A DNA stretch of 64,000 nt from NCBI GenBank assembly GCA_030446685.1, contig JAUJMV010000039.1, positions 15,447 to 79,446 of the forward strand, read 5' to 3'. The position numbers were made by a program, and so were the translations under genes. The notes beneath the pieces are model-generated. The model was given only the letters and a program-made list of their open reading frames with translations, was not told the DNA's origin and searched no databases. Of this stretch, positions 34,597 to 44,579 are shown in pieces (within the stretch, counting starts at the first letter, position 1; each line of letters starts with the position of its first letter). Source of the DNA: Thermomicrobiales bacterium. GTDB lineage: Bacteria; Chloroflexota; Chloroflexia; Thermomicrobiales; CADCWN01.

Positions 34597-34664
34597 TAGC
34601 ACTGGGCGAACTGCCGGCGCCGCGCGAGGACCGCGCACCGCCGAATCCTCCGCGACTCCGTCGT

Positions 34665-34925
34665 CTACCGGCAAGCAGGTGCTGGCTCCGGGCAAGCCAG
34701 GAGCGGTGCGAACGGCCGCGCGCGTGTTCGGCCGGTTCTGGCCGAACGCCGGCCGCTGCACGACAGATCAGGCGCGGTGCGGCGGCCGCTGATGAGGTTC
34801 CAGATAACCACGATGGCCGCGATCACCAGCAGGAGGTGGATGAGGTTGCCCGCGATGTCGAAGAGCAGCCCGAGCAACCAGAGCGCGACGATGATGGCCG
34901 CGATCGTCCAGAGAATGCCCGCCAT
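34665..34925 (-). CDS. lmo0937-family small membrane protein with an atypical C-terminal extension
   Basis: MAGILWTIAAIIVALWLLGLLFDIAGNLIHLLLVIAAIVVIWNLISGRR matches the roughly 48-aa family. The ORF runs on about 38 more codons, which could reflect a lost stop. Confidence 0.55.
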   Translation of the reverse strand: MAGILWTIAAIIVALWLLGLLFDIAGNLIHLLLVIAAIVVIWNLISGRRTAPDLSCSGRRSARTGRTRARPFAPLLACPEPAPACR

Positions 34926-35099
34926 GGCGTGTCCTCCCGCCGCCGCGCGCCCACGAGGCGGCCGGTCGACCTGGCGAACCCGCCTGGGTTGCCGCACACT
35001 GGGACCTGGGCCACTACACCCGAAGGTAGCGGACGCGCGTCAACGTGCGGGTAAAGCCGGTAAACGGCATGGTAAATATCGGTCAACGTTGGTCAACGG

Positions 35100-35492
35100 A
35101 CGAGCGAGCCGCGTGGCCAGACGGCGGGGACAGCCGACCGCCACCATGGGTGCCCGCGCATGGCTCCCGCGCCGATCCGTATGCTCCCACTCCGGCCGGC
35201 CGGACCCTCGGCGCGCGGCGGCCGCCGGCGGGGGCGGAGCGCCGCGGCGCTTCGCCACCGCGGCGTCGGGTGATCCTCGACGTGACGATGCCGCCGCCCG
35301 ACGGCTTCGCGGTCCGCCGCGCCCCACCAACTCCTCCTGGAGCGGGCCTGGGAGCCGGACTACACGCACGACGTCCACGACCTCAAGATCTTCGTCAGCC
35401 GGCTGCGGCAGGGGCGGGGCGACGCCGCCGCGCGCCCGCACTACATCCAGACCCAGTGGGGCACCGGCTACCGCTTCATCCGCCCCCGGTAG
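35100..35492 (+). pseudogene. OmpR-type response regulator, badly decayed
   Basis: The winged-helix tail HDVHDLKIFVSRLRQ...PHYIQTQWGTGYRFIRPR ends at 35492. The only receiver-domain trace upstream is ILDVTMPPPDGFAV. Confidence 0.5.
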
Positions 35493-36252
35493 CCTCGGGA
35501 GGATCGCCGGTTGCCCCCTCCCGGCTCCCCGCATCCCCGTTGACCAGTGTTGACCATTGTTCACTCCCCTTTACCCCATTGATGCGCCCGTTGACCCCTC
35601 CCCACACCACTAGGGCCACCGCCGGGACTGGCGCCCACGCCCCCGAGCCGCGCAGCAGGTGGGGCAGGCGGGCCGCGGCGTCGGCCCCGATCAGCCGCAC
35701 CGGCAGCCGGCCCCGGTGGAAGAGGGAGGGGGGTGCCGCGCTCGCCCTCCACCACCAGGCCGGGGGCGCGGTCGGCCGCGCGGCCGCGATAGCGGATGAC
35801 AGAGCGCCCTGAGCCGCGCCTCTACGCCCCCGTCCCCCCAGGCGCCCCCTCGTCGGTGTCGCCCTCGCGCCGCACCCGCCACACCGCCCACGCCGCCCGC
35901 CCCGGCGCCTCGCCGTGCTCGACCGCGGTCAGCCCCTGGTCGAGCCCCGCCAGGCGGGCTTCAGGTGCGGCCCGCGCCGCCGCGGGTGTCGCCGCCGCGA
36001 TCGCGTGCTCACGGCGATCACGTAGCGCGGCATCGCCTCCCCACACCTTCGCCGTTCCCCGCCGCCCGACTACCGGGCGATCCCTATGGTACACTGCCCG
36101 CGCGCGCCCTCGACCAGCGGCGAGCGTATGGCCCCCTCCTCCACCGGGGTCCGCTGGCCGAGGGCGCCCCCCACCCCACCACAGGGCACCCCCCGCCGCG
36201 CCGACGTCCCAGGCGTCGCGCGGCCCGCCCCTCCCCGGCTGCGCGATCCCCA

Positions 36253-37330
36253 TTAGCGGCCCCCACCCCTCCGCGCGCGGTACGGGAAGTGCAGCACCTC
36301 GATGGCCTTGCGCTTGGTCGCCTCGCCGCGGCGGTCGTAGCGCGCAGTGGTTGCCACGCTGGCATGGCCGGCGAGCTGCTGCACCGTCGAGAGGTCCACC
36401 CGGCGGCGAGGAGATCGCCGACGAAGGTGCGCCGGAAGTCGTGCGGGCTGAGCTTCGGCACCCCGCCTCGGCCTGGCGCTTGGCGAGGACGTTGTAGATC
36501 GCGGCTGGTCATCCCGTCGCCGACGATCCTGCCGTGGCGGGTGATCGCCAGGAAGAGCCCGCCCGGCCGGCCGTCCCTGAGCGCCAGCCAGTCGGCGAGC
36601 GCGGCGACCGCGGCCCCTACCAGCGGCACCAGCCGCTCCTTGTCCCCCTTGCCGTGGCGCACCCGCAGCGTCGGCGGCTCCGGCGTCCAGTCGTCCAGGT
36701 CGAGCCCGGCCAGCTCTGAGCGCGCGCACCCCGCCGATGTAGAGGACCGCGAAGATCGCCGCGTCCCGGACCCCGGCCGGGGTCGGGTCGGCCTGGCAGG
36801 CCCGCACCAGCGCCCCCAGCTCCCCTTCGAGCACTGCCCGCCCTGCCGGCAGCCGACTACCCCGGGCCCCCTTCACGTCGCGGATGCGGTCGTACTCCTC
36901 GGCGCTCAGCAGGTTGAGGTTCCGGGCGTAACGGGCGACGCCCCGCAGCGCGGCCAGGGTGAGGTTGACGGTCGCCGGCGCCGCTGCGCCCCGGCGCACC
37001 AGGGTACGGCGTCGCCGCGGCGGGCGCAACCCGGCGCCGGGGCGCGACGGCGCGGCTCGCGCGCGCCGCCCGCTGCGCGGCCAGCCACGGCAGGACCTGG
37101 GCGAGGGGATCGGGGGGGCGCGCGTCGCGGCCCAGGTCGTCGATGAGCCGCCACAGCGGCGGCTGGCCCGGCGGCCGCGCCTGCCAGCGGTAGGCCGCGA
37201 TCAGCGCGGCGACCGCGGCGACGAGGCGGCCGCGCACCGGCGTCGCGGCGGCGATCACCGCCGCGGGATCGGGCCAGGCGGCGCGCTGCAGCGGCGGTAA
37301 TGCACCCGGAAGCGGCGGCTCCTGTCCCCC
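36253..37330 (-). pseudogene. tyrosine recombinase / phage-type integrase, frameshifted
   Basis: VRHGKGDKERLVPL, LSPHDFRRTFVGDLLAAG and VQQLAGHASVATTARYDRR lie in two frames (ORFs 36084..36662 and 36253..37029). The N-terminal domain is in a third frame. Confidence 0.75.
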
Positions 37331-37506
37331 CACCTGCGCCCTCGCGGTCACCAGTACGCCAGGCAGGACGAACGGCCGCCGCGGCGCCCCGCCCGGGGAA
37401 GCCGCGATCAGCGCGCGTGCCCGCCGACACGCGCAAGCCGGGCCCGCAGCCCGGTCATCCGCCGCCGGACTGGTGCGGCGCGGTGCGTGTCGCAGGCGAA
37501 CCGTGC

Positions 37507-37839
37507 TCAGGCCAGATCTCGCCGCAGCTCGTCGAGGTCGTCCGCGAGGCGCTGGTGCGCGACGCTCAAGAGGGAGAATCGCACGGCGGCGCTGGCCGCC
37601 ACCGCGGCGTCGGTCAGGAGCAACTGGACGCGCGCCAGGTGGGCGGCAGCCGCGCCCCAGGCCGCGGCGCGCTGGCGCGTCTCCGCCTGCACCCAGGCCA
37701 CCACCGCGAGCAGCTCGTCGTCGGCGAGGCGCGTGCGCGTGTCGAACAACGCGGCCAGGTTCGGCGCGGGGGCGGCTGCGCCGGGTGCCGGCCGGCGGTC
37801 GGCGCGCTCCCCCACGGTGATCGCCTCCACGTACCCCAC
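37507..37839 (-). CDS. hypothetical protein (110 aa)
   Basis: An intact ORF lying between the TPR-like gene and the integrase on the same strand. It has an Ala-rich, helical look and no recognisable motif. Confidence 0.35.
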   Translation of the reverse strand: MGYVEAITVGERADRRPAPGAAAPAPNLAALFDTRTRLADDELLAVVAWVQAETRQRAAAWGAAAAHLARVQLLLTDAAVAASAAVRFSLLSVAHQRLADDLDELRRDLA

Positions 37840-37900
37840 ACCTCCTCAGCGCCTGGTGGCTCTGCGCCACTTCTGGTGACGCGAAGATTGTTGGCGGCGA

Positions 37901-38878
37901 CTACTTCCTGCGTGGGCGGCGGGGCTTGGCGGGCGCCGGTGGCGAGACATCGTGCGCGAGGACGGTTGCGAGCCACTCGACGGCCTGCGGCGTCGCCAGC
38001 CAGCCCTCCGCCGCTTCCGCGACGTAGGCGACCGCCTCGTGCTCGTCGCCGAAGCCGACGTACGCGGGCAAGTGGCGCGGCACTTTCTTCAGGCCGAGTA
38101 GGTAGGCTGGCACGAATGGGTTCGTCGCCAGCGCCTCCCGGAGCGCCGCGTCCGCCTGGGCGCCCGGGCCGTGCCGCCGGAACGCGGCGAGCGCGCGCGT
38201 GTAGGCCCAGGTGGCGCTGCCCTCGTCGGGGTACTGCCCGAGCAGGTCCGCCAGCGCCGCGTCACCCCCCGTGGCGAGGAGCCAGGCGGCGAGCGTGTAG
38301 CGCAGGCCCTGGTTGTCGCCGGGGTTGAGGCGCAGCAGATCCCGCAGGTGCTCGATCGCCGCCGCGCGCTCGCCGAGGTGCCACAGGGCCTGCGCGAGGC
38401 CCTGGCGCGCGCGCATGTACGGTCGGGTCTCCAGGATCCCCCAGAAGTGGCCGGCATCCTCCCGGAAGGCCGCCGGGCCGAGCGCCCGCTCCCCCGCCCG
38501 CACCCCCTGCTCGTAGAGCGCCCGGGCCTCCTGCGGGTCGCGGGCGGCCTCGGCCAGCAGGACGTAGGCGTCGGCGCAGTCGGGCGACAGCGCGAGCGCG
38601 CGGCGCGCCAGGGCCAGTCGGCGCGCGCCGGTCGTCTCCAGCGCCTGGTAGATCAGCTCCTGCGCCTCCTCGAGTGGGCTGGTCGGGGCCGCGGTGAGCG
38701 GCTGCCCGCTGGCGAGGTGCTGCTGGAGGAAGGCATTCGCCTCGTCGAGGGAGCCGAAGTCCTGTTCCGCGAGCAGGCGCGTGATGGCCTGCATCTGCTG
38801 CTCCATCAGCCGCCGGTCGAACGGGGCCGATGGCGGCTCCTGCCGGCGCGGCGTCCGGCGCGGCGTCCGGCCTGACAT
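37901..38878 (-). CDS. TPR-like (ST7-like) repeat protein
   Basis: Likely start MSGRTPRR at 38878. Intact 325 codons with helical repeat character (ALSPDCADAYVLLAEAARDPQEARALYEQG, ETRPYMRARQGLAQALWHLGERAAAIEHLRDLLRLNP). Confidence 0.65.
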   Translation of the reverse strand: MSGRTPRRTPRRQEPPSAPFDRRLMEQQMQAITRLLAEQDFGSLDEANAFLQQHLASGQPLTAAPTSPLEEAQELIYQALETTGARRLALARRALALSPDCADAYVLLAEAARDPQEARALYEQGVRAGERALGPAAFREDAGHFWGILETRPYMRARQGLAQALWHLGERAAAIEHLRDLLRLNPGDNQGLRYTLAAWLLATGGDAALADLLGQYPDEGSATWAYTRALAAFRRHGPGAQADAALREALATNPFVPAYLLGLKKVPRHLPAYVGFGDEHEAVAYVAEAAEGWLATPQAVEWLATVLAHDVSPPAPAKPRRPRRK

Positions 38879-39017
38879 CTTGCCCGCCTCCTGTCGCGTC
38901 CTGGGTCGCGGGGTGCCCCGACGCGGGCGAGCCCCGCGGCAGTATAGCGCCCCGGCGGCCATCAGCTCGCCGCGCGGAGCACGCGCTGCCGCAGCAGGGT
39001 GCAGCCCGCCCGGCTGG

Positions 39018-40264
39018 GGTTGCCCGTTTGCACGGACACCTGATGATTGGGCCTAGACCCAAGGAGGTGTTCGATGCCCCGTACGCACCGCCCCTACCCG
39101 CTGGAGTTCCGGGCCGAGGCGGTCCGCGCGCGCGGGAGTGACAAGTCGATCCCGGCCCTCGCCGCCGACCTCGGGATCGTCCGAGGCGCTGCGCCACGGC
39201 TGCGCCAGGCCGAGGCGGATGAGGGGCGGGGCCAGCCTGGCGAGCTGACGACCGACGAGCGCGAGGAGTTGCAGCGCCTGCGGCGGGAGGTCAGGGTCCC
39301 GCAGCAGGAGCGAGATCTTGCGAAAAGCCGCGGCCTCCTTCGCGAAGGAGACCCCGTGCGCCGCTATCGGTTCATCCACGCGGCGCGGGCCACGTACCCC
39401 GGCGCCGTCCTCTGCCGGGTACTCCAGGTCGCCCGATCCGCCTACTACGCCTGGGCGCGCCACGGGGTCTCGGCCCGCGCCCAGGTCGACGAGGCACTGA
39501 CCCAGCAGATCGCCGCCGCCCACGCGCGCAGCCGCCGGACGTATGGCGCGCCGCGCGTGCGTGGAGCTGCGGGCGCAGGGCACCCGCTGCGCCCGCAAGC
39601 GGGTCGCCCGCCTGATGCGCGCCGCCGGGCTCGTCGGCTGCCATCGGCGGCGGCGGGGCGCGCACGACGGTCGCCGACCAGGCGCACACGCCCGCGCCGA
39701 ACCTCGTCGCGCGCGACTTCACGGCACCGGCGCCGGATCGCCTGTGGATCGGCGACATCACATCCGTCGCCACGCGGGAGGGCTGGCTCTATCTGGCGGT
39801 GCTCCTCGACGCTCGCCGCGCCGCGTGGTCGGCGGGGCGATGGCCGACCACCTGCGCACCGAGCTGGCGTTCGACGCGCTGGCGGCGCTCGACCGGCGCC
39901 GCCCGGATGCCGGCCTGGTGCATCACACCGACCGCGGCTGCCAGTACACCGCCGGCATGGATCAGGAGGCACTCGCCGCCCGCGGTGTCATCGTCTCGAT
40001 GAGCCGGGCGGGCGAGCAGCGCCTCGACAACGCGATGGCCGAGAGCTTCTTCGCGACCCTCAAGGCTGAGATCGCCGACGCGCACGTCTGGCCGAGTCGA
40101 AGCCGCGGCGCGGACGGCCATCTTCGTGGATCGAGGTCTGGTACAACCGCCAGCGCCGCCACTCGGCGCTCGCCTACCAGCCGCCCGTCGCGTTCGAGGA
40201 GGAGGTGTTGTTGTTGCTCGCGTCCGCCGCCTAGCGGTAGCCTGTCCGTGGAAACGGGTGAACC
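39018..40264 (+). mobile_element. IS3-family insertion sequence (about 1.25 kb)
   Basis: Imperfect terminal repeats: GGTTGCCCGTTTGCACGGACACC (39018) and CCTGTCCGTGGAAACGGGTGAACC (40241..40264). The orfA/orfB organisation lies inside. Confidence 0.75.
39074..40234 (+). pseudogene. IS3-family transposase (orfA-orfB) with extra frameshifts
   Basis: orfA has MPRTHRPYPLEFRAEAVR...DEREELQRLRRE. orfB has DRLWIGDITSV, WLYLAVLLD, HTDRGCQYT, DNAMAESFFATLKAE and WYNRQRRHSALAYQPP. It needs at least four frame changes, more than the single programmed -1 shift. Confidence 0.8.
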
Positions 40265-42028
40265 GGGGTAAATGGCGCCCGCACGTGATGGTGTGCGGCC
40301 GGCGCCGGGCCAGGTCCGCGCGCACCCTGGCGAAGAGGTCGTCGTCATCCAGGAGCGCGTCGAGCTGCGCCCTGGAGCTTGGGCACCAGCGCGAAGAGGT
40401 CCTGCGGCTCGTAGCGGTAGGGTCGCCCTCCTGCAGACCCATGACGGCTGGCCTGGGACGTAGCACCCCTGTTGTGGCGCTCTGTCGCATCCGCGGCCAC
40501 CATGAGCACCGAGAGACATCCTCGGACGCTCGGTGCCAGCACCGCCGCGGTCCCCGCGGTTGACACGCGGGGTATGATGAAACTACCGGTGGTGTTGATC
40601 GCGGTGTTGGGTACCCCAGGCCAGGAGGTGCGCGCCATGCTCCAACCCTCAGCCCTCCGTCGTGCCGGCGCGTGGGTGGCGCGCTCCTCCACGCCGGTCC
40701 TCGCGCGGCGCCCCCGCGGCGCCGGCGCCGGCTGTGCTGTCGCGCGAACCGGTGCCCGCGCCCATCGCGGCGGCCGCCGCCCCCCGACGGCGGCCGCCGC
40801 GCCGCCCCCGCCCCGCTCGCGCCTGCCCACTGCGAGGGCTCCGTCTCGCCGAGGCCCAGCGCTGGAACCAGGCCCAGCGCGCGCGTCGAGCGGGCGACCT
40901 GCGCGGCGCCGGATGGGCGGCGGCGGCGGATCTGGCCAGCGTGCGCGCGCTGCGCCGCCAGCGGCGCCTGCTCGCCAAGTGGCCTGGGACGCGGCGGCGC
41001 AGCTGGCCCTCGGCCGCGCCTACTTCGAGCTGGGGGCTGGGGCCGCGACGCGGAACAGGCCTTCCAGGCGGCCATCGCCCTCGCGCCCCAGGAGCCGGCC
41101 GGCCACTGCTTCCTGGTCCTGGAGTACGCCTATCGCGGCGACCTGGCGGCAGCGGCGCGGCACCACGCCGCGGCGCAGGCCCGCGGCGCGGCGTTGCCCC
41201 CCTCGCCGCCCTCCTGGCTGATCTGGATGCGGCACCGGCGGCGTCGGGCCCGGCGGCCGCGCCCGGATCAGCGCCCCGCTTGGCGCCGCACTGACGACGC
41301 GCCGCGCGCCCTGCCGCACGCTGCGGTGCCGGCACCGCGCGCCCGCTGCGGCCGCGCGGCGCCGGGGACCGCGCGGCAGGGGCGAGAGCGAGGGCGCCAG
41401 GAAGCACCACCCTCGGCGCGGTGGGCGCCTGCGCGGCCCTCGCGGGGGAGGCCTGCGATCCCACGTCCGGGAGCGCGGCGGACGCGGAGCGCGGCGGGTC
41501 GCCACGCCACGCCGCTCGGCGCGGGGGCGCCTCACGGGCCGGCGTTTGCCCGGGCATGCCCCAACGCCCGGCGCCGGTCGCGCCCGTCCGGCGTGACCGG
41601 CGCCTCCCGGCGCGTGCGCCACCGCCGTTTCATCGCTCCCGCCACGACGATCCGCATCGGCGGCGGGGGAGAAGGGCAGGGCAGTGCGGCGCTGGCCGCG
41701 CGGGCGCGAGTGGCGCGCCCGCTGGCGTGGCCGTCGGCCGGTGCGCGCGCCGCAGCTTGTGTCATTTGCGCTTCGGCCATCAAAAACGGGCTGCACCACG
41801 TCAACGATGGCACCCGCGGCGCGGGCCAGGGCGCACGCCACCGGGGCGTCGGCCCGCCGGTCCTGGCGCCACGGCGCGACACCGCCGTCGGCCTGCGCCA
41901 CCGGGCCGGGTACCGCCGCAGCGCTCGGGGGCGGCGCCACCGCCGCTGCCAGCCCGACGCCGCCTTGCCCCTCCTCGGCCGCGGACCTTCTCAAGGACGC
42001 CGTCGCCCTGCCCTGTCTCGCTGGCTCG

Positions 42029-42192
42029 CAGGGTCTATTCAAGGTCAGCGACCATATCGTGCTCGGCCGCGCGGATCGTGCCGCGCGCCACGAGCACCGC
42101 AACGGCTGGGCACATCTGGCCGCCACACAATCCAAGAACCATCGCGACCGCGCGTCACTTGCAGCACCGCGCCTGACCTTGAATAGACCCTG
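42029..42192. mobile_element. MITE-like element: 164 bp, 20-bp perfect TIRs, 8-bp direct duplication
   Basis: CAGGGTCTATTCAAGGTCAG at 42029..42048, with its exact reverse complement at 42173..42192. CTGGCTCG flanks both sides (42021..42028 and 42193..42200). Confidence 0.65.
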
Positions 42193-42470
42193 CTGGCTCG
42201 CCGCCGCCATTGTGCCCAGTGCCCGCGTTGTGCTACGATATGCCCAATCTGCGGAGACAGGTCCCAATATTGCCTGGTGTGCGTCGCCAACCCCACTCGT
42301 CGCGTTGTCCGGTGCCGTTGTGATCCGCACCGTCGCGACCGAGCGATTTTCCGGCGACCAGTGAGATGCACCGATCACCCAAGTCAGTCCGCAGTCACGC
42401 CGCCGCCGTCGGCAATCGCGCGCACCGTCCGGGGGGCGTGAGCGGAAGCGATAACGCGAGGAGGGCAGTC

Positions 42471-44579
42471 ATGGCGCGAGTACCGATGCACGGGCGGACG
42501 TTCACCCGCCGGAACTTCCTGTATCTGACCGGCCTCGCCGCGACCGGCGTCGCGGCGACCGCCTGCGGCGGCGGCGACGACGCGCTGCCGGGGCAGACGC
42601 CGCGCGCGGTTACCCCCGACGCGCAGTCGACAGCGGCTGGACAGGCGCCCCCGACAATCCAGCAGACGGCGGTGGCCGCGCCGCAGCCCAGCCCGGCGGT
42701 CGCGAACCTGACCCCGACCATCCCCAAGCAGTTCAAGGAGGCGCCGCAGTTCGCCCAACTGGTGAAGGACGGCAAGCTGCCGCCGGTGGACCAGCGGCTG
42801 CCGAAGACCCCGCTCGTCGTCCGGCCGGTCGAGCAGATCGGCAAGTACGGCGGCACCTGGCGCACGACGATCCTCGGGCCGGCGGACAGTGTCTGCTCAG
42901 CCGCACCGTCGGCTGGGAGAACCTGCTGCGCTGGGACATCGAGTGGCAGCAGATCATCCCCAACTTCGCCGAGACGATCCAGCGCAACCAGGACGGCAGC
43001 GAGTACACCTTCACGCTGCGCGAGGGCCTGAAGTGGTCCGACGGCGCGCCGGTCACCGCCGACGACGTGATGTTCTGGTGGGAGGACGTCACGCTCAACA
43101 AGGAGCTCTCGCCCGGCGGCGTCCCGCTCTTCATGAGGGCCGGCGACAAGCCGGGGACGATCGAGAAGATCGACCAATTCAGCTTCGTGGCGAAGTTCCC
43201 GCAGCCGCACGGCCTGTTCATGGTCAACCACGCGGCGGGCGGCATCAGCCTCTACCCGAAGCACTACCTGCAGCAGTTCCACAAGAAGTACAACACCACC
43301 AACCTCGACCAGCTCGTCCAGCAGAACAACGCCGAGACCTGGGTCAAGCTCTTCCAGACCAAGGGCACCTCGATCCCCGGGCAGCCCTACAACGCCGCCT
43401 GGTACAACCCGGAGCTGCCGACCCTCAACGGCTGGAAGCTTGTCCAGGGGTTCGCCAATACCACCCGCCTAATCTTCGAGCGCAACCCCTATTACTTCAA
43501 GGTCGACCCGGCGGGCAACCAGCTCCCTACATCGACCGCGTCACCTACGAGATCATCCAGGACCGGGAGGTGATGGTCCTCAAGGCGACCAACGGCGAGA
43601 TCGACATGCAGGACCGCCACATCAACACCCTCAACAACAAGGCGGTCTTCACCGACAACATGCAGAAGGGCGGCTACCACTTCTTCGAGACGATCCCCTC
43701 GAACATGAACCAGGCGGCGATCACCCTCAACCTGACGCACAAGGACCCCGTGAAGCAGCTCTTCCAGAACAAGGACTTCCGCATCGGGCTCTCCCACGCG
43801 ATCAACCGCCAGGAGATCATCGACGTGGTCTTCGTCTCCCAGGGCGAGCCCTGGCAGCTCGCCCCGCGCAAGGAGACCCCCTGGTTCAACGAGCGGCTGG
43901 CGAAGCAGTACACCGAGTACGACGTCAAGAAGGCCAACGCGCACCTCGACAAGGTGGCGCCGCAGAAGGACGGCGAGGGCTTCCGGCTGGGGCCCGACGG
44001 CAAGCGCATCTCCTTCACCGTCGAGGTGACCGCCGGGGCGCCGGGGGCGGAGGCCGCGCCGGCCGCGCTCGAGCCTGGTCCAGGGCCACTGGCGCAAGGT
44101 CGGATCGAGATGCAGGTCAAGAACGAGGACCGCGCGCCCTCTACACGCGCAAGAACGCCAACGAGCACGACGCGGTCGTCTGGGCCGGCGATGGCGGCCT
44201 GAAGGATGCGCTGGTGGAGATGCGCTACTACTTCCCGTTCAGCTTCGAGTCGAACTTCGCCCAGGCCTGGACCGCCTGGTACAACCCCGGCGGCAACCCG
44301 CGCACCGAGAAGGAGGAGCCGCCCGAGGCGACCAAGCGGCAGATGGCGCTCTACGACCAGATCCGGGTCACGCCCGACGAGGCCAAGCAGGTCGAGCTGG
44401 TCAAGCAGATCATGGAGATCGCGGCCGATCAGTTCTACGCCATGGGCCTGGCCCTGCCGCCGAACAGCTACGGCATCGTCAAGAACAACATGAAGAACGT
44501 CCCGGCGACGATGTACTTCACCGGTGGCCCCTGGCTCAACCCGGCGGCCACCAACCCGCAGCAGTACTTCTTCCAGTGA
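42471..44579 (+). pseudogene. ABC transporter substrate-binding protein, family 5, paralog 3, at least 4 frameshifts
   Basis: ATG 42471 follows GGAGGG. RRNFLYLTGLAATGVAATACGG N-terminus. The body hops frames near 42895, 43525, 44050 and 44200. It ends in NPQQYFFQ. Confidence 0.85.

Noticed and set aside
40270-42020. Coding potential between the IS3 and the MITE-like element. This includes a transposase-N-terminus-like string (DALLDDDDLFARVRADLARRRP, minus strand), a TPR-like stretch (AWDAAAQLALGRAYFELG...AFQAAIALAPQEPAGH, plus strand) and a high-GC3 minus-strand stretch (..ACALARAAGAIVDVVQPVFDG..).
   Set aside because: The fragments are short, change frame repeatedly and match no family I can name. 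They are left unannotated rather than guessed.
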